Assembly: GCA_026770705.1 (NCBI GenBank)
Contig: JANJGN010000002.1
Coordinates: 42,594,001-42,658,000, forward strand
DNA: 64,000 bases
DNA from: Isurus oxyrinchus
Lineage: Eukaryota
Reading direction: 5' to 3'
The notes under the pieces were generated by a model, which had not been told where the DNA came from, searched no databases, and saw nothing but the letters and a program-made list of their open reading frames with translations. Numbering within the stretch: position 1 is the first letter of the stretch; every line of letters begins with the position of its first letter. Shown here in pieces: positions 12,325 to 26,600 of this stretch. A program made the position numbers and the translations under genes.

Positions 12325-14110
12325 AATATAAGGAAGTGTGAAATTATTCACTTTCGTTGTAAGAATAAAAACGCAGAATATCTATTGAAACTTGTAAGTG
12401 TTGATGTTCAAAGAGACCTGGGTGTGCTTGTACAATGAACGCAAAAAGTTAGCACGCAGGCACAGCAAGTAATTAGGAAAGCAAATGACACCCCTGGAAC
12501 CTGCTTTACCATCCAAAAGGCATTTAATAAGGTGCTGCACAAAAGGTTACTAAGTAAGATAAGGGCTCATGGAGTTGGGGTTTATATATTAGCATGGATA
12601 GTGGATTGGTTAACGATAGAAAACAGAGAGTGTGCATAAACAGAGCTTTTTGTTGGCAGGCAATGAATAGTGGAGTGCCGCAAGGTTTAGTACTGGGGCC
12701 TCAGCTATTTACAATCTATCTTAATGACTTAGATGAAGAGACAGAAAGTAATGTATCTAAATTTCCTAATGATACCAAGATAGGTGCAGAGGTAAGCTGC
12801 AGGGAGGACACAGAGAGGCTGGAAAGAGATATAGACGATTAGGTGAGTGGGCAACAAGGTGGCAGACGGAGTATAATATAGGGAAGTGTGAAATTATTCA
12901 CTTTGGTTGTAAGAATAAAAAAGCAGAATATCTTCTGAAACTTGTAAGTGTTGATGCTCAAAGAGACCTGGGTGTGCTTGTACAAGGAATGCAAAAAGTT
13001 AGTATGCAGGCGCAGCAAGTAATTAGGAAAGCAAATGACACGTTGGCCTATATTGCAAATGGATTGGAGTGCAAGAGTAAAGAAATCTTGCAACAGTTCT
13101 ACTCCGTTTTGGTGAGACCACATATGGAGTATTATGTGCTTTGATCTCCACATTTTAAAAAAATACAGTCAAGTCCTGCCATTCATAGGGGTTACATTCC
13201 CGCGAAACCTCACAAATAGTGAAACTGCGAACAATGAACATGCTTTTCCATGGGACTGAGTTAGATAGGTTCCAGCCATGCAAGGGGAGAGCATTGTTAA
13301 GTTAAGGCAGTTACTCTACTCTAAATTGTGGTGCAGTACCTATAACCAACAGACAGGGGAGCCTCTGAGCCTTACATCAGTGAAGATTTCAAAATGAACC
13401 CAGCCAGTATTGCAGCAAGATTCAGACATATCTGTGTTAATCCCTTTTTTTCATGCTGCGCTTCAGTTGCAACCATTCCGGTCTCTGCCCCGTTATGGCT
13501 ATTGTTTCCCCGGGATAGGAAACCATGGATGAGTGAACATTGCTCACGCGATGCTGTACACAAAGTTCAAAATACGGGTAAGTGTAAACACAAACCAGGA
13601 AACTGCAAACAGTGGGACTTTACTGTACTTGCATTGGAGATGGTACAGTGAAGTTTCACTAAATTGATACCTGGGATGAGGAGGTTGTCTTATGGTGCAA
13701 GGCTGAATAAATTCGGCTTATATTCTCTGGGGTTTAGAAAAATGAGAGGTGATCTCAGTGAAACCTACAAAATTCTGAAGGGGCTTGATAGGGTGGACAC
13801 AGAGATTGCTTCTCCTGCGGAAGCTAAAATACAGGGGGGGACAGGGTGCAGGTTCCTAGCATAAGGGGCCAATCATTTAGCACTGAGATGCAGACAAATT
13901 ACTTCACTCAGAGTTGTGAATCTTTGGAATTCTCTACCCCAGAGGGTTGTGGATGCTCCATCATTGAATACATTTAAGACTGGGATTGACATATTTTTGG
14001 TTTCTCAAGGAATGGGGAGCAAGAAAATGGAGCTGAAGCCCAAGATCAACCATGATCGTATTGGATGCTGCAGCAGGCTTGATGGGCTGTGTGCTCTGCT
14101 CCTGCTCCTA
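12325..14110 (+). mobile_element. CR1 LINE 3' part, interrupted by a MITE
   Basis: SGVPQGLVLGPQLFTIYLNDLD, VQRDLGVLV, MIPGMRRLSY...MRGDL and NLWNSLPQRVV motifs; CR1 tail ctcctgctcctat. Confidence 0.92.
13166..13625. mobile_element. Tc1/mariner-pogo (Tigger-like) MITE, 460 bp
   Basis: TA|cagtcaagtcc ... ggactttactg|TA: 11-bp TIR with one mismatch and a TA target-site duplication; it splits the CR1. Confidence 0.85.
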
Positions 14111-14114
14111 TTTA

Positions 14115-14345
14115 TATTCTTATAATATGATCATGGCTGATCTTATGTCTCAACTCCACTTTCCAACCCACTCCTTATTATCCCTTAATTCCACGAGGGA
14201 CCAAAAATCTACCCTGTTAAGCCCCTTCAGATTCTTGGATGATTCAATGAGATCACTTCTCATTTTTCTAAAGTGCCGAGAGTATTGGCCCAATTTACTC
14301 AGCCTCTCATCATGGGGAAACCCTTTCATCCCAGGAAGCAATCTA
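14115..14345 (-). mobile_element. CR1 fragment, tail-to-tail with the preceding copy
   Basis: ORF MLPGMKGFPHDERLSKLGQYS...MRSDLIE. Confidence 0.8.
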
Positions 14346-14879
14346 GCTGAGGGCTGTCAATGCTGTACTGTAACATTTTAGTACCAAGATATCCTTTATT
14401 GCCTTGCTGAATTTGTGTTGCTGTTCTACCCCATTATGAATTAGATGAATATCACAAAACATTTTTTCATTGCAACTTCACACCCAATGAGGAACCTCAC
14501 TCTTATCAGTTTAACATTAAAGTTCCATAAATAAAGTGTTCTGATTCACTATACCAGTGATTTACCTTGATTCTATTATAAAATTGTTTTCTACAGTAAA
14601 TATTACAAAACGCAACTGCAAATTTTCTCCCTTCCTCCTCCAAGGATGGTGAGTCATGCTATCCAAATACATTGGCCATTCTCCAGTGACTGATTTTCAC
14701 ACTAACCTGAAAAATGAGGATTGGAAGGCTGTTCAAATGAGAAGCGAACTCCATCCCTACTTCCCCAGCATACTTTCTAGCAGCAGTCACAAGATATGTT
14801 CAAGCATAGAAACCTGCCTGATCTTATTACTCTCCTTAGCATGGAAGAACTGAAGCCAATTGTTATACACTCACTGTCA

Positions 14880-14997
14880 ACACAGTTGAGAATAATTTCT
14901 GATCTGTGCTGCATTAACCAAACTTGGGACCATCCTGGTCTGCATGGCTCAGGACAACAAATCAAGAATGCAATTACCCACTGAGCCATCGGGCAGC
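14880..14997 (-). mobile_element. tRNA-derived SINE head fragment
   Basis: Reverse complement gatggctcagtgggtaattgca...ctgagccatgcagaccaggatggtcccaagtt contains an A-box-like motif. Confidence 0.45.
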
Positions 14998-15134
14998 CTA
15001 GCTGCAGCTGAAGTATCATTCTTTAGATTCAAGTTGCTTTCTCAACAGTGTTCTTACATTAAATTGCCAAAAATATTTAACATTTCCAAACAAAATTCAC
15101 ATGAATGGGGATTTTACAAATTTAATAATCAATG

Positions 15135-16694
15135 AAACATGCCTTTTTCTTAGTTTATTGTCTTTAAGGCTGGGGATTCAACTCAAGGACTCTTGTTGCT
15201 GTGTGTGTATACAAATTTTCAATTTGCTAACCTTAAAAAATACATGACAAAAATTAAGAAGGTTTCATCTTTGGTAGGACAGCAGTTAAATAACTGTTCA
15301 CAAAGCATACTTCCTTTTATAAGAAATAAACCCCACATCTCAAAACATTTTATGCCAATCTTCTGCCATCATTTAAGAATTCAAAGATTCTTACTGTTAC
15401 TGAACTGTCTAGGAATATCCATCACAGACTCAGTTACTTCTCGTGCAAATAATATCAAAATAAATAATTACAACACAATATTCAAATAAACTGTAATATT
15501 GAGAAATGGTGGCCACTAGCCTGCAGTGCTACAAATTTGAATACACAGATAATCTTCAATAAATTAAAAGAAAAGATCAACACAAATTGGTTTTGTTGAA
15601 TTCTTTGGCTCATTTGAAAAGTTGATTCAGTGTTTTGTTAGCATTCAACTAAAATACTTCTTAATAATTAATTCAGATCATGTTTTACCATGCTTTATAT
15701 ATAGATACTGAACCAACATAACAAAAATAACTTTGACATTTCCTTTTTCTTTTTTTTACAAAAAATCTTTATAAATATTTTAAAAATGTGTACAAAGCAT
15801 TTCTAAGGAGGACCATAGCTGGACACTACACAAATCAGAATATTTAAAGCAAAATACGCTGTACCATTTAGTCCATAAGTGACATTTTCTTCTTGTGAAG
15901 TCAGTTTGTAAGGCCTCACTGATCTAATGGTGTACTTTGTGCTCCTCACTTATGCACGGAAGCTTACTGCTGCGTGTGCAAGACAAAAATAATAAGTCTG
16001 CAAAATGGGAATGCAATCATCATTTCTTAGATCTAGAATCTAATGGATCACAATATGGACATCCACACTGTGCTTTCTATTTAGGCCTTTAAGACCTAAA
16101 GCAGCCTCCCTTAAATAATCATACTTAGTGGTATTAAAAATGGAAAATGAATAATGAAGTGGGCTTTCACTTCAGTATCAACAATTCCAGTTTTAAATTT
16201 TGATTTAAATGGGAATGTTGCTCATCAACTATTCAAAATTAACTTATTGGCACTCGATTTTCAAAAAGTCTTACATAAAATGAAAGACAAATAGAACCAA
16301 AAAATAACACTTACACATTAAAGTATGAATAAAAACATGAATTACTACCACAAACTGAAAAGCACTCTTGAAATTGAAGAGTACATTTTACATGAAATTA
16401 GAGCTTTCAAAACAAAACTCAATAAAATTAATTTTCTCTTAACGACTTTTAAACAAAAGACTTAATGTGCACCTTGTGCCACCATAATTATTTTCAATGT
16501 ACAAACTACAATGGACCTTCCTAAGCTCAAACTAGTTTGCTTCAAAATAAATCTATATCCTAGTTTCTACTCCATTTATCCTCTTTCCTGGAACACTAAC
16601 TGCACCTGTTCTCAATACAGAGGACCATGCTACTTTATCCTTATAAGTTGTCAACACAGCTGACAATCATTTCTGTTCCTTCATGGTCACATTA
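15135..16694 (-). other. Probable BICRAL 3' UTR with AATAAA signal at 15159-15154
   Basis: AT-rich, apparently repeat-free stretch after the stop; tttatt at 15154-15159 on + is AATAAA on -. The cleavage site is inferred. Confidence 0.55.
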
Positions 16695-17644
16695 TCAGCA
16701 TTCCAGTATGCTATTCACTGCTGCTTCTAAGATGGAGTCTGTTTCTCTGATGCCCTCATTATGATCTGGGATACATTTTTCTATATAGTTCTCCACAGGA
16801 GCTAAGGCTGAAAAATGAGGAGTTTCAAGGTCAGGTGAGTTATTTTTGATGACAGCACTGTCAGAAGGTTTCTGAGCTTGTTGTAGATCCAAAATGCTAT
16901 TGATTGCACTCTCCAAATGTTCATGGAGTGATGTGTCGCATTGTGCTTCTTTTGCATCTTTAGTCTGCATACATGAAAAATCATGCTGTTGAGAATTTTT
17001 AGCACTTTTGTCTTGTGACTGGTCATGCCAAGGCAACTGTGAGTCACCCTCATTATGTTCCAATTTAATGGGATTACTAATCTGATTAATAACAGGGTTC
17101 AGTGCTTCCTTCATTAGACCTTCTACAGTGACTTTATCACAAGAATTATGGTGCTTTTCCTCAACATCAGACGTACCTTCTTCTCCTTCACGTATTTGGA
17201 CAGTTCCAACAACAGGTTCACAAATTTTTGTGCTTTGAGTCTCTACGTAACCAGATGAGGGACCAGTAGTAATTTTATCACCTTGGTTTCCAGTATCTGA
17301 CTGCTCTTGAGTTTTTGAAGATTTACTTTGTGTTCCAGCTCCATAAGCTGTCTCCGGATGGATTGTTAGTTTTAGCCCTTTGCTGCTGCTGTAGGATTTA
17401 GCAGTGCATGGGCTGATAGTGGAAGAGTTTGTGGTTGCCTTGACCTCACTTGCCACAGAAGAAGTTAAATGAACCATCCTTGAGGATGCACTTTTCTGGT
17501 TGATAGTAGCATTTGCTGGTGTAGACTGCCTGCTACTACTTTCTGAAGACTTATGTGGCATCACATCTGTAGTTAATGGTTGTGTTTCAGCTACAGGTTT
17601 TACAAAAACGGTGGATGAACAACAGAAGTTTGCCAAATAGCCAT
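16695..17644 (-). CDS. BICRAL: BICRAL last coding exon (DGYLANFCCS...ETDSILEAAVNSILEC*)
   Basis: atttag|AT acceptor; in frame with ORF 16695..17636; ends TGA followed by TAA. Confidence 0.96.
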
Positions 17645-20600
17645 CTAAATAAAGGGAAAAAATAAAGAATGATGTGGATCACTGCAGTATAAAATTTAAT
17701 TGCCACTGAATGGTAATGAGCAACATTTTCAACCCAGCTATAGATAAACAGCTTAAAGGGCTCTAATAAAAAATAAAAATGTGCGTGACTTCGATATAAA
17801 TCAGCCATTCGTAGGTAATGCCAAAATTAGAATAGCATAGCTGGCAGCCTCTGGAAATGGCCCTTCATTCTTTTTTAAAATTTTTATAAGACAGTCTTAG
17901 TCTATGTAATCAAATTGCTTTACAATTGATTGTTTAGCCAACGATGGCTTTTTTTGCTACTGCAATCCTAGACATCAAGAACACACTGGCATTCTTAGTG
18001 CCCAATGTTATTAGAGTGCTCATGACAGGAAGGATATCATATGATGATAAATTCCATCACACATGTTTAGTATGAATATTTTGCCCGTGTAACTGCGCAC
18101 ATATATATTGTCACTCCTGGTAAGAAATCCAGATGTGGTAGAGTGCACACACAGGGAGAGCCAGCAGACCAATTTATCACCCTCGTCTGCTGAAATATGA
18201 TCATCTTTCTAATTTTTCATTGAACTAATCTGTCCAATAAATTGGTACTTCATCTAAAAAGAAAACATAACGTTATAATAAATAGGCAAAGCAGGTTAAC
18301 CAGAATGTCTACTAAAAATGCACTGTTCTGTTTATCAAATCATCTTAACTACATCCTCGTTAATGGCTATTAATGTTATTACAGTTGGAATATCTTGGTC
18401 TGTATTGTTAATTATAAGTTCCTTGTCCCCCAACCACCGCAAGATCTTCATTATGACTTTCTACCGGCATACTTTCTTCTATAAATGATGAGGAGAGGAT
18501 GCTTTGCCTTTTCTCAGTGCTTTTCAATAAAAAAGGACTCGCCAGATCCTTAATAGAATTTTACAAATTGAGCATGCTACGATACGAGCTTGTGGCAAAA
18601 TTTTTATAATTTTATTGAAAAAAATATTGCCAGAATTGAATATGTTAAAATACATTTTTATTTCAGATCATCTTACAAACATTGTGATCAAGACTGCCAC
18701 AGTACTCACCAGAATCCTCCAAAGAAAAGCGCTTGTCCTGGTTAAGGGCTGCTTTCTCATCCTGATTGAATACTCTGTCAATCATCACCATTTCAGCAGA
18801 AGGATTTACTCGCTAAAGTCAAATAAATAAAGATTACAGTAATTTGTCAAATATGCTCACCTTCTCATTTATTTATTGGTATACTAAAAAATGTCTTCTG
18901 AATGAATACATTCATCTCCATGCTAATCATAATGCAATTTATTTTGCGTATAATTTACACATCCAATTGTGTAGACCCATTACTTCCCACACTCTATAGT
19001 TTACACCCATGTGGTTATATTACATATGTATCAAGTTTTTAAATTCTCAAATGCCTCCCGCTGCTTTTCCCCTTAGGACAACATGGGATGTTAACTGCTC
19101 ACAAGATGTTTTCACATTATACTAATGCTTACCATTGCATCTTCCAATAACAGTCTTCTGTACTTGCTGAGCATCATCTGAGTGCGTTTTAGCAATTGCA
19201 CTGAGACAGTTTCAAATTCATTATCCACTGGTTTTTAAAAAATGAAAAAAATTAGTATCAAATGCCTATGCTAAAACATTGTAAATTCTTTATAAATAAC
19301 AAAGTATGGATCATCTTTCTGTCTTTGAAAATTATTGCTGGAAGCAATCCTCATGTTGGTTTTACTTTTGCGTAGCTAAGATTTGCATGAGTCGATCAAC
19401 CTGATACATATAATTAATGGATAGATTATTTCTACACTCCTTCATGCATGCAGAGAATATCTCAGCATCGCCTGCCGATCTGAGATATCTGAATATGGAG
19501 ATACATAAAACTACATTGCTAATATTCCTAAAAGCATCTAGAAAACATCTTATGTTGCTCTGCCTTGATACTTTTTGACATAATTAAGTGTCCATTTCAG
19601 CGTCAGTGAAAGGTCTAATATCAATAGCTACCGCTCCATAAAATAAATCACTGAAGACGAAAGTGAAAAGCTATCATATTCCAGAATCTTTGACCATTTT
19701 CCAAAAGGATTTGAAATTTAAAAAAAATATTTGTAAAGATTTGTTTTAAAGCATATTGCATTCACACATGTTTTTTAAAAGCTATTTCACATCTCAGATT
19801 TAAGATATGCCATCTTGGGAGGACCTAGGCATAAATATGATAAAAATGCTTTCATTAAGCTAAAGGTGGCTCTCATAGGGTTAAATTCAAAGGAAGCATA
19901 GATAAATGTACTGATTAAATTTCAGATAAGGTGCCTCAACCATTGTGCCATCATATTATTCACAACCATTGTGCCACAGAATGGAGAATGAAGCACAGTT
20001 GATCATTAATACTCTCTAATCCTACAGCAATGCTTCATTTGAACTCAGCAGGAGTCACTGCCAATTTAGGCTGGTGGACTTTGCTCCATATGGGGTTGAA
20101 AGAGTCAGGGAGCATTAAGAGCCCCACACTGAATTAGTTTTCTTTAAAAACAGGAAACTGTGAAAGCTAGAGGCAATCAGGCAATAAAGGATTGCAAGAA
20201 AAATGAGAGTGCAAGGAAGAGGAGTTAAAAATTAGCTTTAAGTCATGCAAGTGGTATGGTGTACCATATTCATTGTTTTCATATTATTCACAAAGACAAA
20301 TTGTATTAATAGAAAAAATGAATTCAATCAGAAATGTTGCTCTGTATGTTCAATTGATAGAAAATAAAGCAACTTAATGATTTGTATTAGGCTTCTTCTC
20401 ACCAACTGTTCAATCTGCCTTCAGACAAGAAACAGACGTATGAAAGACAAGAGTATCTGGTTCAGATCACATGCTATTATTACCTCACCAGGTTAAAGTT
20501 GTTCAAGTTATATAGAGCAGTGTGAATCAACACCCATAAAATATGCTCAAAATGTTTTAAGGGAGTGACTGAACCCAAGATGGACTCTACTAAACAACTG

Positions 20601-23600
20601 AATTCTCAACAGTGGTTAAGATCCTAAAGATCTATGTTGATGACAGTAAATGATAACCACTTCATTAGATTGTTTGGTAATCAAAAACACTTCACACTCA
20701 CGCTGTTGTGAAGTCTTTGATTCCTTATTGTCTGTGAACAGAGGAAGATAAGAGACAGAGATACTGTCATCAGCTTTCTTAAATATAAAGCTATACGGAA
20801 ATTAGATTCAGCAAACTGAGACTAACAGGTTAGAAATGTTGGTGGACAGACTCGTCATTTTACTGAAGTCAAACTAGATGACTCACTGTTTTGGGGAATT
20901 ATAGCATGGTCTTTAGTTTGTATTATTACTCAAAGTTAAGCTGCATTGACTAATTTAAGAATTTTCAATCTCTATGTTCACTTAATGTGAAATAACGTAG
21001 CTTATGGATTTGTATCAAGCTTTACCTCATCCAAGTGTTCACTTGATCTGCCCTCAAGTAGACTGAGTTCACATGCCGAAGACATAAATACACAGTTCAG
21101 GTAACACTGAGAAACTGCTGTTACCACCTCCGCCCCCATCTTGTGTTACACTATTCTAAAAATAGTTATAGGACAGCACAAGTAAATCCCTACAAGAGCT
21201 CACAGGAGCAACTGATGCTACTAAACTTGAGAAGGTATATAAAGCAGACCTGAATCTGAAATAATGATACTAAGATTCACTGGAGGTGATAGGGTGAAGG
21301 TTAACTATTATCTTTTTCTGAACAGTTGATTGTCTCAGAATTCTAACAATTCTGTCTTGTAATGTCACTTTCTTGTCAGAGAAGTGGTCTCAATATCCTC
21401 ATCTTAATTGTTGCCCTCTACTCATCAGATCTTCAATGACCAGCGTTGAAAAGATGGTTTTGTTAGTGCCAGCATCAAAACAGCACCAATACATATAAGA
21501 CATTGTGGAAACTGATAATATGGTCTTGGCAGAATAGCATTGGGATCAATGTTGTTTGGGTGCTATTTGGGCTTATATTGGAAGGGCAGAATATCAGGTG
21601 CACCCTTAAAGCTGTCCTGCTACAAAGAAGACAATGAAATGGCTACAGCAAGGAACTAACACAAAACTTTGCCAATTACTTAAATAGCTTTGGCTATGCT
21701 ACTGCAGGAGGACCTGAAAACACGAGAGTCACCTAATAATGAAGAGCAGTCGCAGAGCAATCTGGATGATAATGGCATAAAGAATAGAAGTGGTCTCACC
21801 TGAATAATGAAGCTGGGAGAAGGTGAGGAAGAAATTTACTGGTCTCAGGAAATACTGCTCACATTTTGTGTTGTTTTATAGCATTGCCATACAATGCATG
21901 TTACCATCTTTCACTGTAAACTATTGGTTCGATATTACTCAGAATGCACAGCACTCTAGCAACTTCATTTCTTTTCAAATGCACAGGTCTAGCTTGAGTC
22001 CTCCTTCAGCGGCTCAGGTGAGGATCAGGACCTTAGATGGCTTGATTACAAATTAAGTCCAAGACCAATACATACAGACATTTGTGAGTACGACAAACAC
22101 TTTGCAAAGTTTGAAGACAACAATAGAGAAGTCCATTAGCCACATCTATGAAGTGATATTTGAAGATCTAAGCGAACTGTAGAATATTGGGGAGAATGTG
22201 GCCACTGCATGATCATTTACACTGTAGTCCCCGATAACAATGGTCCTAAGTTCAATTCCCTATTGAACACTCTGACTAGACACAACCCTTTGCTTCGAAT
22301 ATACAGCAGTCTTTTTTTGTCCAGTTTCTGTTGGCTGAGAGATATTCTTGGTTCCTAAGGGTTAACCATCCAGGCTTCTTTCCCTCCAAATAATGCAGAC
22401 AATACCGATTGCTGCAAAAATCAAGAAAACATGATTCTACCCAAGTAGCAGGCATGTACTGCGTAACTTTGTGCCGATGATTCAAAGATTAATTTAATCA
22501 AGTGAAACCTTGTCCTACTTCTGAAAATGTGGGAATGAAGTAGGGGCCTATATGGAGACATTTGTGTCATCAGTAATGCCCTTCACATTGGGAGAACATG
22601 TAACAGTCCTCTCCTTGCTGCCTGCTTCCATTCAGAAAAAGAATGAAAGTATTAGTTCTGGCAAGAAAGGCATCTGTCATCTACTTGGAGCACTACTGGT
22701 TGTGCAATTTGGCATATTTCCCTGCCGTTGCTGGAAAGGACCCAGTAGCATTGAAGTTAAAGGCTGTGGTTACCTTGACAGCCACTGGCAGAGTTGTTCA
22801 CATCATGGAACTTGTATGAAGGAGACGTGAGTTGTGAGGTAAGAGCGAATGCGGCAAGACCACTTCAGTGCAAACAGACCTCCCTCTTAAGTCTCCTCAG
22901 ATCCTCTTCTTCCTTCTCTATAACCAGCAAATAGACAGGTTTACCCAGCAGGATGTCCATCTTAAAAACTGTGTTGTTGAAACATAAATTGTAGCCAAGC
23001 CACCAAGCCACCACAAACAGAAAATAGGGAGCTGCTGAAAAATCAAAAAAATGCAAAATCTAAGCTACTCCTGAAACCTGCAAGGAATGGGACAAAAACA
23101 ATGCAAAAGAATTGAACGAACACTTGAGTGATGCAGCAAAACACAGTTACTCTCTTTTTTAGAATGCAATCTTCAAAATGGCTAAAATGGCTTCCCAAGC
23201 TGTACTTGTTTTAAATCTGTGCTGAACAACTTCAGTGTATTCCTAATTTTGTATAAGTGAGAAGATACCAACAGGTAATTTAGATGAATTTATATAAATT
23301 TCAATGTCTAAATGAGGGAATGCACAAAAAGCATGATTGTCATCTGCTCTTAGCTAGCAGTCTGACAACAGAATGATACTGTGTGTATTTTAGGAGAGGA
23401 AGGGACCCAAGACTTACTCGTCCAAATATATATCTGTCATTTGTTGCTACCAATGCACCCTATCTCGCATTTAGCTTTACAACATACAACTATAACACAA
23501 TGGCCATGAAATTGAAGGGGGCTCAAAAACAGGTGCAGGAGTCACAATATGGGATTACCCCATATCCATTGTTTCTGATGCAGGCAACACACAAACTTTG

Positions 23601-26600
23601 TGCTGCCTAGTAATTTAAACGACTGTAGAGTGTGGCCAGCACTAAGCATGCTGTTAAGTGGCTGCGTTCCTGAGTGAGGGCACAAAATTATGAGACGCTA
23701 GCACAAGCTAAAGCTAGCTGTCACTACTTAAAGCTAGCCTGCACCTAATAAAGGGGTTGGGGCAGTTGATTTTGATGTGGGGAACACACACTAATGGCAG
23801 AGAATGGGCTCCAAGATTTTTCAACGGTACGCTCTCGTAGGATGACAACATTTGGCCTCCCACCTCTACTACTCCATCAGTCCCTATCAGCCAGCCAGCC
23901 AGCCCAAACTGCTGCTGCCCATTCTGATATGGCACAGTCTGAAGCCTGGCCTTCTAGGGCCAGAGCTACTCAAGGTTATCCTACAAGGCCATCTTCAGTC
24001 TCTCCCACTATAAGTAGCTGCCTTCCACCAGCCATGCTGCAGCCACTGGGGTCACACAGTATCGGAATCTTAGGACAAACAAAAGCACACAGAAGACAGG
24101 CACTAAGGGATTGCACAAGGGTAATTAATTTACGTTTGTATGTAATATGGCATGGCTTGATATATAAATTTGGTTTGGAGTGTTTATTTTGTGGTGGCTT
24201 GTATTTTTTCATTGTGCAAAGCAGACACTGTGATGGTCAGCACACAGGGAAGTTAAGGTGTTAGACTGGTGGTGAATGGGAGAATTGAGGTTGTGTTTAG
24301 TTGCCTGACAGTCAGTTGAGCCTGGTCAGAAAGGGGCTTTGTTGACCATCACGAATCTTGACATTCACTGTACTGCGGGGTTGTACTGTACTCCAGAGTC
24401 CTGAACCATGTTGTCAAAGGATAGTCTTTTTCAGCCAGTAGCTAATCTCTGGTTTGTCATGGTGGCTCAAATGCAGATGGTATAAAGGACTGTCATAGAA
24501 TGAAGGCATCATGGCTGCTGCCAGGATATCTGATATTGATCCGTGCTGCATACAGTTGCATAACAGTTGAACATTAAGGGAGTTCAAGTCCTTTCGGTTG
24601 AGGTACATCTGAGTTGACATGTGGCGTCTAAAAAGACGAGTGTGCAGTGGTACGCTGCACCATGGGAATATATACATTTGCAATCTTTGCAAAGCTAGGT
24701 GCTCAATCCACCTGCTCTGGCAAAAGAGAATAAAATGTACTCAGCTCTCTTGGAATATAGAGCCTCAGTGACTTCTCTTATAATAAGGTGAGTGGCAAAC
24801 TGGGAGATGTTGCCAATATCATCTACTCCAGTCTGGAAGGAGCCAAATGTATAAAAGTTCATAGCCGCAGTTGTCTTCGTAGACACTGACAATGCCATCC
24901 TTGCCCTGCTCTAAGGTTGCAATAGATGGAAGATTTCAGTGAGGACATCCTTAGTGGTGACATCTGACACATCATTCCCCGCTGAGGTTCAGGTAGGAGA
25001 ACCACTACTTGCTAGTGCTCTTTTCCTCTGCCTTCCTCTTCCAGCAGCTTGCCCTGCTCTGTATCGCCTCTTCTCCCCATATTGCTCTAGTCCAAAGGGG
25101 ATACATGCTACTGCACCCATGTCTGGGAAAAGTGGTTTGTTTAATAGAATCCTTGAAATCAGGACAAAGTCCTTGAACACATACCACACCACTCCCTATA
25201 AACCTTAGCTACTTCAAACAACTGTAGAAAGCACCAAACACTTCTACTATCACAGCAACAGCCAATAGAAATCAGGCAGTAACTAACCTAAATGTAATTG
25301 ATGATCTCTTTAAGTGGCACTGGTGTGGGGTCCTTCCTGCTGCTCAAGGCGTATTCAATATACAAGGTTAAAGGAGGGCACTGATTGAAGTGTTGAGCTC
25401 CAAAATGGAAGCGCTGGTGTCAAAACAATGTTTACACACTGATTGACGTCACAATCTGCTTGCTGTAGTTCCTCTCGGTGAACACTATGTGCACACCAAC
25501 ACATTCATCTAAATGGCTTCTAGGACCAGAAATGTGCGCACACATGCCATGGATACCTTTTTAGAGGCATAAAGCAAATGAAGCCAGTTTCTTTATTTGC
25601 ACTTCATCACTTGTTTTATTTTTCAAACTTTCATATGTTCAACTACAGATAATAAAGCAAATGCTGACTGTTTCACATTTGCTACCAAAAACTCCAGGAG
25701 AACTTTGCAGTTGTAGTGGGTCATTATTATAAGCAATGAGAGCACAAAGGACTTTGAAGAGGCTATGAGTAAATCATTTTCAATTATTGCAGACTACAAT
25801 ATTGCTAAAGTTCTACATGAAACAGTATAAAAATATAGCTTAATAAGTCTGATACAAGAATGCTATTGAAATACCTTTCTGAAATTCCTCTTGGGAAGGC
25901 AGATTCCCTTGGAACACATGATATGGAAGAAGCCGTTGCATGGCATCCTCCAGTGAACTGAAGGGTGTTTTATAGTCAGGTTGTAGAACATTTTTTTGTT
26001 CTTCTTGCAATTGCTGAAGAATCCTTTGATATAAACATAAAAAGAAAATGTCAGTCGTGCAATTTTTTAAAAGCTAGTTCATTTTAAACAGCTAATATAA
26101 AACTAAACAATGGCCAGAATCATCCTATGTACTGTGCCTTAGCTGTACAAATGATAAATGGAGGCCTACAAAACAACAATTAAAAATGCACTTTTCCCAC
26201 TGGCCAGAGGAGGAGGTGATAGGGTTTCAATTAGGCCCATTAACTTTTCATAACAATACATATTGAAGAATGCTGTGGAATACATTTATACTCAAGCCAT
26301 GTTACTTGGGAAAGAATTTCCACAGCTTAATAAATCAAATAATTAAAAAGAATCAGCACTGGGTAGCATAGTGGGTTAACACTGTGACCTGTTACCTCTG
26401 AGACATGTGCCTGAATCTAACTAGACTGACTAATTGAATGACTCACCTATTTCGACTGAGCATTGTTCTATAAAGAGTGACCATGATTAATCTGACCTGG
26501 TTCTAAAACTATGGACCCACAACAGCAAATCTCAAATCACAAAAGTTTCATCCATAAGGAAGGCTGATACAGAAAATGGAACTAACAAACTGTTGTGTTA

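Noticed and set aside
16695-17636. 313-aa ORF as a standalone gene
   Set aside because: It is the last BICRAL exon, with an acceptor at 17644.
23794-24264. 156-aa ORF on + strand
   Set aside because: It corresponds to the decayed 3' end of the Harbinger second gene (similar to 32100-32400) and is not an independent gene.
24414-25192. Domesticated HARBI1-like host gene
   Set aside because: Frameshifts and stops, and three independently decayed copies in 64 kb, indicate TE remnants.
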